Assembly: GCA_002706065.1 (NCBI GenBank)
Contig: PAJM01000017.1
Location: 12,722 to 76,721, forward strand
Length of the DNA: 64,000 nt
Source: Methanobacteriota archaeon
GTDB taxonomy: Archaea > Thermoplasmatota > Poseidoniia > Poseidoniales > Poseidoniaceae
Direction: 5' to 3'
The position numbers and the translations under genes are program-made. The notes under the pieces are model-generated. The model was not told the origin of the DNA, searched no databases, and saw only the letters and a program-made list of their open reading frames with translations. Shown here piece by piece: positions 27,957 to 38,524 of the stretch. How positions within the stretch are numbered: the first letter of the stretch is position 1; each line of letters starts with the position of its first letter.

Positions 27957-30245
27957 TTATTCCTCTTCGGAAAGGTGTTGAATTGATGTGGAGAGAGAAA
28001 CTTCAATCCATTTTGAGGTAGGTGTGTTTGAGATGTCTGCTGTAGAATTCAGTGGCACGAGCTCATTGGCTTCGGGAAAATAAGCCGCTAAATTGCCGCG
28101 TGGTATTTCGTAGGGAACGACAATCCAGTGGCTCGAATGGCGTTTTGTTCCTTCGAAATGGCTCGTCATATCAACAATATCTCTCGTTTTTAATCCACGC
28201 TCAGACATGTCCAATGCGTTCATCAGAAGTATTCTGCGGTTGCCATGTACGCCTCGATAACGATCGTGCAATCCGTAAATGGTGGTATTGTACTGATCGT
28301 GACTACGAATGGTCATCAAGATAAAATGATCTTTCCTGACGCATAGATCAGGTAGCGAGTGAATCGTAAACAATGCCTTGCCTGTCGCCGTATTGAACTG
28401 GCAATCATCTCGAGGTGGATTGGGAAGCAAGAAACCGTTTTCTTCACGTACTCTTTGATTGTAATTTTCAAACCCGTTCAAGGATTTGGACATGACATCC
28501 CGTATGGAATCATAATTTTTTGAGAACTGATTCCATTCCAAGAGTTCTGGACAGAGGCGCCTCCCCAATTCAGCTACAAGAGAAGGTTCGCTCAACAGCA
28601 TAGATGATACGGGTTTCAACGTCCCTTTAGAACGATGTACAACGCCCATGGAGTTTTCAACGGTAACAAATTGCTCACCACTTTCCTGCAAATCCAATTC
28701 AGTGCGACCCAAAACCGGCAATATGAGAGCAGTTTCACCTGTGATTAAGTGACTTCGATTGAGTTTGGTTGAAATCTGAACTGTCAACCCAACCTTCTGC
28801 AGTGCTGATGCCGTGCGACGCGTGTCTGGTGTGGCTGAAAGAAAATTACCACCCATCGCAATGAATACATCGACAGCATCAGCATCCATGGCACGAATTG
28901 CGTGAACAACATCAAATCCGTGTTCTCTTGGCATCTCAAAATTAAGACCGCGTTCCAACTTCTCCAAGAACGATTCACTCGGCGCCTCCCATATTCCAAC
29001 CGTTCGATCGCCTTGCACATTGGAGTGTCCGCGAACAGGGCATACACCAGCACCGGGACGTCCGATGTGACCTCCCATTAACAGCAAATTCACCACTTCT
29101 TGAATGACTGCTACACCGTTTCTATGCTGCGTAAGACCCATCGCCCAACATGCAATCGTTGCGCTGGATTCTTTGCACATCTCAGCGATTGTTCGTATCA
29201 TTTGGCGGGAAATACCTGAATCGGATTCAATGGTTTCCCATTGTACATCATCTAGAGATGCCTTAAACTCAGAAAAACCATTTGTTTTGGTTTCGATGAA
29301 GGATAAATCGTATGATGATGATTTCATCATTTCTTTCATGATGCCTTTGAATAACGCAGCATCCCCGCCGATGCGTACAGGAACAAAAAGATCAGCAAGT
29401 TGCATGGTTTTGAAATCTGCAGTCATGTAATCTTGGGGATGTTTAAAGCGTTGTAAGCCAGTTTCAGGTAATGGATTAATGCTGATAATTTTGGCACCAT
29501 GCTTCTTGGCATCCCTCAACGCAGTCAACATTCTTGGGTGATTCGTTCCAGGATTTTGACCGACTACAAGAATCAAATCTGCATGGTTAAAATCTTCAAG
29601 GTGGACGGTTCCTTTACCGATTCCAATCGTTTCCGTAAGTGCTTTACCACTTGATTCATGACACATGTTTGAACAATCTGGTAAATTATTCGAACCGAGT
29701 CCACGCACTAAGGCTTGGTAAAGAAAAGCAGCTTCATTCGAAGTTCGACCTGAGGTGTAGTAAACTCCTCGCATTGGGTTATCCATTGTTTGAATGGATT
29801 CGGAAATGAAGTCCAGTGCATCTGACCATTCAATCGCCTCATAATGTGTTGAGTCTTTTTTCAGGATCATTGGTTGTGCAATACGCCCCTGACTATTCAA
29901 CCAAAAATCGGACTTTTTGCGTAGTTCTGCAATTGAATGCTTTTTGAAAAATGTTGCATTGACATTTGCTTTCATGGATTCGTCCGCAACGGCCTTGGCA
30001 CCATTCTCACAAAATTCAAAGGATGTTCGATGCGTTGGGTCTGGCCAAGCACAGCCCGGACAATCAAATCCTTCTTTTTGATTGACCATCAAGAGCGTGC
30101 GGACCGTTTTGGTCAACCCCATTTTCCGGATGCCATGATTCATCGAGGAAAGTGCTGCTGGAATACCAGCTGCAGTTTTCTTCACAGAGGTAAGACGGAG
30201 GGTGTTCATATCAGGGGGCGTTGTTCCATCAGCCCCCTCCTTCAT
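27957..30245 (-). CDS. FdhF/YdeP (CbbBc-like) molybdopterin oxidoreductase
   Basis: GFDCPGCAWPD, EFCENGAKA, SGRTSNE, NLPDCSNMCHE, RGHSNVQG, RSHDQYNTTIYG. Confidence 0.93.
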   Translation of the reverse strand: MKEGADGTTPPDMNTLRLTSVKKTAAGIPAALSSMNHGIRKMGLTKTVRTLLMVNQKEGFDCPGCAWPDPTHRTSFEFCENGAKAVADESMKANVNATFFKKHSIAELRKKSDFWLNSQGRIAQPMILKKDSTHYEAIEWSDALDFISESIQTMDNPMRGVYYTSGRTSNEAAFLYQALVRGLGSNNLPDCSNMCHESSGKALTETIGIGKGTVHLEDFNHADLILVVGQNPGTNHPRMLTALRDAKKHGAKIISINPLPETGLQRFKHPQDYMTADFKTMQLADLFVPVRIGGDAALFKGIMKEMMKSSSYDLSFIETKTNGFSEFKASLDDVQWETIESDSGISRQMIRTIAEMCKESSATIACWAMGLTQHRNGVAVIQEVVNLLLMGGHIGRPGAGVCPVRGHSNVQGDRTVGIWEAPSESFLEKLERGLNFEMPREHGFDVVHAIRAMDADAVDVFIAMGGNFLSATPDTRRTASALQKVGLTVQISTKLNRSHLITGETALILPVLGRTELDLQESGEQFVTVENSMGVVHRSKGTLKPVSSMLLSEPSLVAELGRRLCPELLEWNQFSKNYDSIRDVMSKSLNGFENYNQRVREENGFLLPNPPRDDCQFNTATGKALFTIHSLPDLCVRKDHFILMTIRSHDQYNTTIYGLHDRYRGVHGNRRILLMNALDMSERGLKTRDIVDMTSHFEGTKRHSSHWIVVPYEIPRGNLAAYFPEANELVPLNSTADISNTPTSKWIEVSLSTSIQHLSEEE

Positions 30246-30296
30246 GATTGTTGCAAATCATTCCGACTCATCAATGCTTGCAGACAAAATCAGGTG

Positions 30297-31073
30297 TTAG
30301 CCTACTTTCCAAGCACCATCGTTCTTTACAAATCCAAAAAGAATGAGTCCATGTTCTCGTGCGAGTTGAATAGCAGCAGATGACATTGCACCCAATGAAG
30401 CAATGGCAGGTATGCCACTGCGTACTGCTTTCGCAACGATGTCCCATCCACAACGCCCAGAAAGCAAGAGCATCGAAGTTCCAAGTTGCTCACTCTGATC
30501 AAGAATGGCTTTTCCTATTGTTTTGTCAACAGCATTGTGCCTACCGATATCTTCGGAAACGTAGCGTAGGCCAACATCACGCACATAGAGACCAGCGCCG
30601 TGGCTTCCGCCGCTTGCTTGGAAGAGCTTCATTTCATGACTAAGAGATTTCAATGCGTTATTGATGAGAATCAATTCTAAATTCTTGAAGGGCTGATGTT
30701 GGAGATTCCCACCGATATCATCGATCAATAAGTCCGGATGGTTACAGGCTCCACACGAACTTGTGACAAGACGTTTGCGTGGTACGATTTCTACTAACCC
30801 ATGAAATACAACAACATGATGCGGCGTTGTCTCGTGGGTAAAAGAATCGAGCGATACCGTTGGGGAAACGTACCCCTCTGCTACAAGATGACCTGCATGC
30901 AATTCAATGAGATCCACAGGAGTCGCCAGCAGCGTCGTATGCGTGTACATGTTACCGTCTGAATCGAGCGCATCCAGTTGAATTGCGGTTTCCTCCACGA
31001 TGGTCTCTTTTTCGATTTCCACACCGCTTCTGGATATGCGCTGCAACGGCAATTCAGAACGACCATCATTCAT
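30297..31073 (-). CDS. fdhD: Formate dehydrogenase accessory sulfurtransferase
   Basis: SSCGAC, F..SGG.H, EDIGRHNAVDK.IG, SGR; ATG at 31073 after GAGGTGG. Confidence 0.92.
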   Translation of the reverse strand: MNDGRSELPLQRISRSGVEIEKETIVEETAIQLDALDSDGNMYTHTTLLATPVDLIELHAGHLVAEGYVSPTVSLDSFTHETTPHHVVVFHGLVEIVPRKRLVTSSCGACNHPDLLIDDIGGNLQHQPFKNLELILINNALKSLSHEMKLFQASGGSHGAGLYVRDVGLRYVSEDIGRHNAVDKTIGKAILDQSEQLGTSMLLLSGRCGWDIVAKAVRSGIPAIASLGAMSSAAIQLAREHGLILFGFVKNDGAWKVG

Positions 31074-31608
31074 CTGCATCCACCTCAATGTCAAAAAATT
31101 CAAACTGAAGTGCGACCAATTCGGCGGAGGATTTCGCGTTCGAGTACGCATCAAGGGGCTCTTGATTGAGTTCAAGAAATCGTTCGCCCCAACGAAATTT
31201 ACTCAACAAATTTCGAGCTTGCTCCACTCGACCCAGAAGATAGAGAGACGCTGCGAGCGCTTCAACTGTGGATAATTTTCCAGGTTTGCCCCAATTCACA
31301 GGATTGGCCGCCAACAACAACGGAAGTGTTCGAGGCTTCAGTCGAGTTCGACGCATTACGTGTTCGACCGACTCTTCAATTTGGGCCCATGAACAATCCA
31401 ACCCAACAAGTGCTCCGTTGTTGTCAAACATTTCACGGTCTTCGGGACCGAGCACCTTTCCGCATAACGGCTCTAAGATTATGCCACGTTTTGGTAATCG
31501 TCTGAAATCCTTGTGCAATCGGAGTAAATTATCCTTTGAAACACGGACGGCTGTGTTCTTTTTGGGGTCATCCTGTGCAAGCCATATCGCGTGAACAGGA
31601 ATATCCAT
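31066..31608 (-). CDS. tsr3: 16S rRNA aminocarboxypropyltransferase (DUF367)
   Basis: QDDPKKNT, LDCSW, R.LPLLLAANPVNWG..KLSTVEALAA, FRWG..FL.LN. Confidence 0.93.
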   Translation of the reverse strand: MDIPVHAIWLAQDDPKKNTAVRVSKDNLLRLHKDFRRLPKRGIILEPLCGKVLGPEDREMFDNNGALVGLDCSWAQIEESVEHVMRRTRLKPRTLPLLLAANPVNWGKPGKLSTVEALAASLYLLGRVEQARNLLSKFRWGERFLELNQEPLDAYSNAKSSAELVALQFEFFDIEVDADE

Positions 31609-31612
31609 GGAC

Positions 31613-32104
31613 TCACCGTAGATCTTTCAGATAATCTCCAATCGTCATACCACGACTGTTGGAACTGTGACCGACCATTGATTGGTGCTCAGCACTTGAT
31701 ACAACCATGAGTTCGATTCCGAGAATCATTTCAAACTTCGTAATGACTGAATCTGTCGGAGGTTTCCCGGATTCTGAAGATTTGATGACGTTGATGGTTT
31801 CTGCCATTCGTTGACCTAATTGTGCTTGTGACCAGCCCTTGGATTCACGTGCACTTACAATGCGGCGTGCGAAATCATCCGCAAGTTCCTTTTCTTGTTT
31901 GTTCATGATGTTGTTCTTGCGAAAGGATTGCTTTTTGTTCTTGGGCATCGGACTACGACGCGATTGTGCTAAACCAGGCGCTTCCTTTTTTGGTGCTAAA
32001 TTCATTTGTTCGACACATTTTGGACAGACTGCTAACATCGATTTGTTGACACGATGTTCACGTGTTGGGACCTTGGTTGCTCCACATAATTCGCAATCAC
32101 CCAT
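31613..32104 (-). CDS. Archaeal multiprotein bridging factor aMBF1
   Basis: CELCG...VCPKC zinc ribbon, HTH (ARE.KGWSQ.QL), C-terminal MTIGD; divergent from pan. Confidence 0.88.
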   Translation of the reverse strand: MGDCELCGATKVPTREHRVNKSMLAVCPKCVEQMNLAPKKEAPGLAQSRRSPMPKNKKQSFRKNNIMNKQEKELADDFARRIVSARESKGWSQAQLGQRMAETINVIKSSESGKPPTDSVITKFEMILGIELMVVSSAEHQSMVGHSSNSRGMTIGDYLKDLR

Positions 32105-32212
32105 TCTATCCCCAGATTCTCCTCACGCTGACATTTGATGAACCCTTCGCTTTTGTTCGTGAATTGTTACGATGTATTGATGAACTGTGGACACGACGGA
32201 CAATTGATTGCG

Positions 32213-33433
32213 ATGGGTACTGATGTCGATCGAAACACAGAGTCCGTAAAAAACCACAGAGATGATGAATTTCAAACTCTGGAACAGGACTACCGCAAAC
32301 TTCAGGAAAAAACGCAGGAATTGATCAGCGAGAGAACCCATATCGAGTCGGAATTGCGCAACGTGAAGAAACAAGCAGGTCGTCTTGAAGAAGAGGTTCG
32401 CCATCTCCGTGCACCACCATTGATTGTTGGCACCTTACAAGATATTCTAGACTCTGAACGCGCCATCGTTCGTTCATCGAATGGAACCGTATTTCAGGTT
32501 TCACTGAATCAACGAATCGACCCTGAATTGCTCAAGCCTGGGACCAGAGTAGCGCTTAATCAAGACTCCCTCTCACTCGTGGAAGTACTTCACGATGCAT
32601 GGGACCCAATTGTTAGTGGCTCTGAAATGGTTGAGCGACCTGATATTACCTACGACATGGTTGCCGGTCTTGATGATGAAATACTCTCCGTCAGGGAAGC
32701 GATTGAATTGCCACTTACCAAGCCTCAACTGTTTGCTAAAGTTGGCATAAAACCACCAAAAGGCGTGCTTCTTGTGGGTCCTCCTGGATGTGGGAAGACG
32801 CTCCTTGCCAAGGCTGTAGCACATCATACAAATGCTACATTCATTCGTATGGTTGGTTCAGAACTTGCGCAAAAATACATCGGGGAAGGTGGACGTTTGG
32901 TACGGGAATTGTTCTCTCTTGCAAAGGATAAATCACCTTCGATTATTTTCCTCGACGAAATCGATGCAATCGGTGCAAAACGTTTGGATGGTTCGACCAG
33001 TGGCGACCGAGAAGTCCAAAGAACCCTAATGCAATTACTAGCTGAATTGGATGGTTTTGATGAGCTTGAACACGTGAAAATTATTGCTGCTACAAACCGT
33101 CCAGATATTCTTGACGATGCTCTTTTGCGTCCTGGCAGATTTGATCGTATTATTGAAATTCCAATTCCCGAAGAAGAATCTCGACATGCCATTTTGGAAC
33201 TTCACCTATCAAACATGAACACCAAGGGTGTTCGAACAAAAGCAATTGCGCGCAGTACCGAAGCATTCAGTGGTGCTGAATTGAAAGCAACCTGTGTTGA
33301 GGCAGGCATGATTGCTATTCGTTCGAACAGAGACACAGTCGTCCATGCAGATGTCGTTAAGGCAATCAATCGACTCAACAAGAAAAAATCACAATCTGGT
33401 GGCGCATCATCACCTGACGGTTTGTATGGTTGA
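32213..33433 (+). CDS. pan: Proteasome-activating nucleotidase (AAA+)
   Basis: Coiled coil, PPLIVG, GPPGCGKT, GDREVQRT, LRPGRFDR, C-terminal HbYX (LYG). Confidence 0.96.
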   Translation: MGTDVDRNTESVKNHRDDEFQTLEQDYRKLQEKTQELISERTHIESELRNVKKQAGRLEEEVRHLRAPPLIVGTLQDILDSERAIVRSSNGTVFQVSLNQRIDPELLKPGTRVALNQDSLSLVEVLHDAWDPIVSGSEMVERPDITYDMVAGLDDEILSVREAIELPLTKPQLFAKVGIKPPKGVLLVGPPGCGKTLLAKAVAHHTNATFIRMVGSELAQKYIGEGGRLVRELFSLAKDKSPSIIFLDEIDAIGAKRLDGSTSGDREVQRTLMQLLAELDGFDELEHVKIIAATNRPDILDDALLRPGRFDRIIEIPIPEEESRHAILELHLSNMNTKGVRTKAIARSTEAFSGAELKATCVEAGMIAIRSNRDTVVHADVVKAINRLNKKKSQSGGASSPDGLYG

Positions 33434-33472
33434 TAGGTCAATGTTCAAAGTCCGACCTGTGAACCATAAGGT

Positions 33473-34513
33473 ATGTCAAGCACCATTGTTGAATGTGTTC
33501 CGAATATCTCAGAGGGTCGGGACCTTGAAAAGATCAATAGGATAGTCGACGCTGCTCGCCGAGATGGTGTGAAAATCCTTGGCGTTGAACCCGATCCAGA
33601 TTACAATCGGACTGTCATTACCTTTGCAGGTAGTCCTGCAGAGGTTGAAGAATCTGCAATCACATTGATTGAGACGGCAATTCATGAAATTGATATGCGC
33701 ACACACAGAGGTGAGCATCCGCGAATGGGTTGTGTGGATGTTTGTCCATTTATTCCAATCCGTAATATTTCAATGGACGAATGTGCTGAAATGGCTCACC
33801 GGGTTGCTACCAAAATTTCTCATCATGATGTCCCAGTGTTTCTTTATGGATTTGCGGCAGCAACAGAAGAGAGAACGCTGCTCTCGAAGTTACGAAAAGG
33901 CGAGTATGAGGGGCTCAAACAGCGCCTTTCTGGTTCGTCTGATGCACACGCTGATGCAACGATGATGCCAGATATGGGTTCAAACATTTGGTCTGAAACT
34001 TCGCAGAAAAGTGGAGCGATTACAATTGGAGCTCGCGATATCTTGTTGGCATACAACGTCAATATTGACGATTCAAATCCTTACGTCGCTCAGCAAATCG
34101 GGTCCATCGTACGAAGTTCTGGACGATTGCTAAAATCCGATGATCAAGAACGTAAATTTCGAACGAAAGGATTGCTTCAGCACGTTCAAGGGATGGGTGT
34201 TCCGCTTGAATCTCACAACATTAGTCAGGTCTCAATGAATCTTCAAAATTATAGAGTGACCAATCTGCATCACGCTTTTGATACCATTGATAGTTTATGC
34301 AAAAACATGAACAGTTCGACGAAGGGAAGTGAACTCGTTGGTTTGGTACCTCTTGAGGCCATGGTACAAGCAGGGCAATGGTACGGCGGAGAGGGGTGTT
34401 CTGAAAGGGAGTACATCGATATAGCAATCCAGAGGTTGGGGTTGGATTCAATTGGCCCATTTGACCCGAATAAGAGGATTATAGAATGGGCTATTGAGGA
34501 GGGTCAAGAATGA
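33473..34513 (+). CDS. ftcd: Glutamate formimidoyltransferase
   Basis: VECVPNISEGR, DYNRTV.T, GEHPRMG..DVCPF, QVSMNL, SELVGLVP. Confidence 0.93.
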   Translation: MSSTIVECVPNISEGRDLEKINRIVDAARRDGVKILGVEPDPDYNRTVITFAGSPAEVEESAITLIETAIHEIDMRTHRGEHPRMGCVDVCPFIPIRNISMDECAEMAHRVATKISHHDVPVFLYGFAAATEERTLLSKLRKGEYEGLKQRLSGSSDAHADATMMPDMGSNIWSETSQKSGAITIGARDILLAYNVNIDDSNPYVAQQIGSIVRSSGRLLKSDDQERKFRTKGLLQHVQGMGVPLESHNISQVSMNLQNYRVTNLHHAFDTIDSLCKNMNSSTKGSELVGLVPLEAMVQAGQWYGGEGCSEREYIDIAIQRLGLDSIGPFDPNKRIIEWAIEEGQE

Positions 34514-35142
34514 GTTGGGCAGACAAAACACTACGAGAATTTCAGGACGCACTTGCAAGTGATGCACCAACACCAGGTGGTGGTTCTGCAGCGGGTGTAG
34601 CCCTTGGTCAAGCCGCCGCATTAGCTGTTATGGTAAGCGACCTGACGCTTGCAAAGGAATCTTGCAAAGATGGGTGGTCTGTTTCTAAGCAAGTAAAAGA
34701 AACTGCTACTCCTTTACTCGATCAAGGTCTTGAGTTGGCAACAGAAGACAGCCAATCATTTGACGCTGTAGTCGACGCATTTCGTTTGCCAAAACAGACC
34801 GATGAACAAAAGGAAGTTCGTCGTGATTCAATACGAAAAGCAACACTTGGGGCCGCTGAGGTTCCATATCGTACGGCCTTATCAGCACTCGAACTTCTAC
34901 GTCTCCTTCCAGAATTAGCAAAGAAAGGAAATGGTAACGCAGCATCTGATGCGGGTGTTGCAGGATTGCTAGCGTCCGCAGCACTCAAAGGGGCTATTTT
35001 CAATGTGGAAATTAACCTACAATCCTTACCAGACAATTATGGTGTTGAAATGAGAAAACAATTACCATCCTTGATCGAGGATGGGCGCTTGTATTCAAGA
35101 CAGTGTATGGATGAAGTTCGATTGCGATTAACGGACAACTGA
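34510..35142 (+). CDS. Formimidoyltetrahydrofolate cyclodeaminase (FTCD C-terminal domain)
   Basis: LASDAPTPGGGSAA, D...F..V..A..LPK, GN.NAASD, NV.INL. Confidence 0.92.
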   Translation: MSWADKTLREFQDALASDAPTPGGGSAAGVALGQAAALAVMVSDLTLAKESCKDGWSVSKQVKETATPLLDQGLELATEDSQSFDAVVDAFRLPKQTDEQKEVRRDSIRKATLGAAEVPYRTALSALELLRLLPELAKKGNGNAASDAGVAGLLASAALKGAIFNVEINLQSLPDNYGVEMRKQLPSLIEDGRLYSRQCMDEVRLRLTDN

Positions 35143-37371
35143 ACCCGTTGCAATATCGCCATCGATGGTAATCAAACGAACCGTATCGTTGCCATCATCA
35201 GCAGCCAACATCATGCCTTGGCTTACAACACCTCGTAATGGGCGTGGTTGAAGATTAGCAACAAAGACTACAGATTTGTTTACAAGTTGATCAGGCGTGT
35301 AGTATGCTTTGATTCCTGCACAAATAGTCCGCTCATCGTCAGTTCCATCATCAATTTTGACAACATAGAGTCGATCCGCATTTGGATGATCTTCAACAGA
35401 TACGATGCGGCCTACTCGTAATTCTACTTTCATGAACGTATCAAAATCAAGATATTCAATACCTTCTGGTGGTTTTTCTTTCATACTCTTCTTCTCCTTT
35501 TTTCCGCCTTTTACAGCGTGTGTTACATCGATGGATTCCTCATCCTTTTCAACAAGTGATTGTTCTTCTTCAACGATTTCATCAACATCCAGCCGCTTGA
35601 ACAATGGTTCGTACGCAGCTGACGGATTCGCAACCGAAATAGTCCAATCGATTGCATCAGACCAATTTGCATCACACAGCGGCTCCTGTATTCCAAGCAT
35701 GTCCCACAATCGCTGGGCGCTAAATGGAAGGAATGGTTGTGTTACGATGGCAAGATACCGGCAAATACGCCATCCAAAAGCGAGTGAAGAAAGCGACTCA
35801 TTCCGTCCTTCAGCATCCACTTCGGTCTTCAAGTGCTTCCACGGCATTGCTGATTGCAACAATTGGTTGCCATGTTGAGCGGCTGTCATTGCTGTACGTA
35901 GTGCTTCTTTGTAGCGGTGTTTCTCAAGTGATGAGGTCATATCCGAATGCAGCTGTTGGAGTGTTGTGCAAAGGTCTTGATAGTGACGAATATCATTGAA
36001 TGCTGGCAAAGTCTCACCACCAGGTGTTTCGGGCAATCGTGCAGAGAGTGATAACACGCGGTTTGCAAAGTTCCCGTAGGTCGCTATGAGTTCGTTGTTA
36101 ATCCGGTCGACAAATTCTGTCCACGTAAAATCAGTATCGTGGGATTCGGGCATGTTGATGCTGAGATAATATCGCAAAGTATCAGGATCGAAGCGTTCAA
36201 GGAAAGATGGTAACCATATGGCATGTTTCCTGGATTTGGAGAACTGACCTCCAGCGAGCATAAGGTACTCCATTGCAGGAACGTTATCTTCCAAACGAAG
36301 ATCTCCCTGAACTGGTAAATCTACGGCATCATTAGCAGTTTTTCCGGAGCGTGCATGGTTCAGCCCCATCAAAATCGCAGGCCATATTACTGTATGAAAT
36401 GGAACGTTATCCTTTCCAAGGAAGTAGTAGTGACGCTGGTTTGCGTTCTCTTGTTCAATCCACCACTTCTCCCAAGAGGAACCATCACCAAAGGATTCTG
36501 ACCATATTTGAGAGCATGTCAAATATCCTTGGACCGCTTCAAACCACACGTAGATGCATTTACCATTCCAGTCATCACCATCAAGTGGCACCTCTATACC
36601 CCATTCAAGGTCTCGTGTTACTGCCCGTGGCCTTACCCCCATGTCGAGCCATTGTTTCGTCATAGCACGGACGTTTGGTTTCCAAACCGAATGATTGTTG
36701 CTAGCATGCTTTTCAAGAGCATTTTGGAAGAGATCTAGTCGATAGAACAAATGGTCTGTGTTTCGTATTTCGACAGTTAATTCAGGATTCATTTTGGATA
36801 CGGGACTTTTCAATTCAGAGGATTCGTACGTTGCTCCACATGAATCGCATTGATCGCCACGCGCACCATCTTCACCACATGCTGGACATGTTCCCTCAAT
36901 GTATCGATCTGGAAGGAAGCGTCCGCCCCCATCTGGGTGGACTTCGTAGTACTGCTGCATGGTTCTCATTTCAAAAAAGCCAGCATCATACAAGAGTTTG
37001 AAATTTTCTTGTACCTTTTGTTTATGACGTGGGTCACTCGTCCGGTTGAACAGTGATCCACCATAATCCATCCCGCGTGGGTCGATGTTGGGCATCCACG
37101 TACAACCAAGATCAAGCAGGGCCTGTGTATTGATGCTATGATATTCATCCACGACATCCTGAGGCGAAACACCATCTTGTTCTGCAGTAACTGTGATTGG
37201 TGTTCCATGTTCATCGGAACCTGAAACCATCAGAACACAATTACCTCGTAATCGTTCAAATCGTGCATAAATATCGGGTGGCAGATAGCACCCCGCCACG
37301 TGACCAAGGTGGAGTGGCCCATTTGCATAGGGCCATGCAACGCACACAAGAACGTGGTCGCCACCGGACAT
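35128..37371 (-). CDS. metG: Methionyl-tRNA synthetase with C-terminal tRNA-binding domain
   Basis: PYANGPLHLGH, SGSDEHG, YVWFEA, GKDN.PFH, FSKS, Trbp111-like tail. Confidence 0.96.
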   Translation of the reverse strand: MSGGDHVLVCVAWPYANGPLHLGHVAGCYLPPDIYARFERLRGNCVLMVSGSDEHGTPITVTAEQDGVSPQDVVDEYHSINTQALLDLGCTWMPNIDPRGMDYGGSLFNRTSDPRHKQKVQENFKLLYDAGFFEMRTMQQYYEVHPDGGGRFLPDRYIEGTCPACGEDGARGDQCDSCGATYESSELKSPVSKMNPELTVEIRNTDHLFYRLDLFQNALEKHASNNHSVWKPNVRAMTKQWLDMGVRPRAVTRDLEWGIEVPLDGDDWNGKCIYVWFEAVQGYLTCSQIWSESFGDGSSWEKWWIEQENANQRHYYFLGKDNVPFHTVIWPAILMGLNHARSGKTANDAVDLPVQGDLRLEDNVPAMEYLMLAGGQFSKSRKHAIWLPSFLERFDPDTLRYYLSINMPESHDTDFTWTEFVDRINNELIATYGNFANRVLSLSARLPETPGGETLPAFNDIRHYQDLCTTLQQLHSDMTSSLEKHRYKEALRTAMTAAQHGNQLLQSAMPWKHLKTEVDAEGRNESLSSLAFGWRICRYLAIVTQPFLPFSAQRLWDMLGIQEPLCDANWSDAIDWTISVANPSAAYEPLFKRLDVDEIVEEEQSLVEKDEESIDVTHAVKGGKKEKKSMKEKPPEGIEYLDFDTFMKVELRVGRIVSVEDHPNADRLYVVKIDDGTDDERTICAGIKAYYTPDQLVNKSVVFVANLQPRPLRGVVSQGMMLAADDGNDTVRLITIDGDIATGSVVR

Positions 37372-37488
37372 ACTCCCTGCTAACAGGCATTGATTTTCAA
37401 ATCAACCCTTCCCTTTATTGCAAAACAACATTTTCAAGAAGCAGAAGGTGCTGGCCAAACTATCCAACGGACAGGAGTTCAAGTTCAA

Positions 37489-38524
37489 CATGAACCTCAC
37501 TTTACTCATTTTTTACACAATACTTGCACTTGGCGTATCGTTTCTTTGCTCGATTTTGGAGGCAGTAGTCCTCTCTATTCCGAATACTCAAGTTGCTGTT
37601 TGGCAAAAAGATGGTAACAGACGCGGTGACATTTGGTCGAAACTCAAATCCGATGATGCAGTAAAACCGCTCACTGCTATTCTAACATTGAACACGATTG
37701 CGCACACAATGGGTGCTGCAGGAGTAGGGTCTGAAGTGCAAAATCAATTTGGAAACGAGTATCTCACCGTTGCATCGGTCATCCTGACACTCGCAGTCCT
37801 GTTCTTATCCGAAATTATACCAAAGACTCTGGGCACTGCATATTGGCGCCAATTGTCCCTCATAACAGGAATCATCCTCAATTCAATCACGATAGCCCTG
37901 ATATTCATTATTGCACCGATCCAGTGGATGAAAAAGATTCTACCGAGTGCAGACGGCCAGCTCGTTACACGCGATGACCTTGTAGCACTCGCTGATTTAG
38001 GAGAAGAAGAAGGTGCATTGATGGAAGATGAAGAAACGGTGATTCACAATCTACTACGACTTCGAGAAATTCCAATTACTGAAGTTATGACACCACGGGT
38101 TGTTGTTACTGCGTTGCAACAAGACATGACGGTTCGGGAAGTACTCGACGAGTATCCTGTTATGCGTTTTTCTCGCATGCCTGTCTTTTCTGAGTCCGTT
38201 GATGAAATTCAAGGACTTGTAATTCGCTCTGAGCTCTTGGTTGCGGCAAGTCGCGATGAGTGGGATCGTGTGGTTCAAGAATTCATGAAACCTGTTCAGT
38301 TCCTTTCAACAACACAGAGTGTTGATGCAGCACTCGACATGTTGCTTGAACGTCGACAACAATTTGCTGTAGTCCAAGATGAATTTGGAGGTACATCTGG
38401 AATCCTAACCATGGAAGATGTGCTTGAAACGTTGTTAGGTGAAGAAATCGTTGACGAACTTGATGAGGTCGATGATATGCGCGAATTGGCTCGGGAACAA
38501 GCAAGTTCAACCGAAGAAGAGTGA
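37489..38524 (+). CDS. CNNM/DUF21-CBS domain protein (CorC/hemolysin-like)
   Basis: SFLCSILEA, AILTLNTIAHT.GA, SEIIPKT.G, VMTPR, FSRMPV, DEFGG..G..T.ED. Confidence 0.92.

Noticed and set aside
27957-30245. Selenocysteine-containing formate dehydrogenase
   Set aside because: ORF is uninterrupted with Cys motifs (DCSNMCHE); no in-frame TGA. MsrB likewise has Cys
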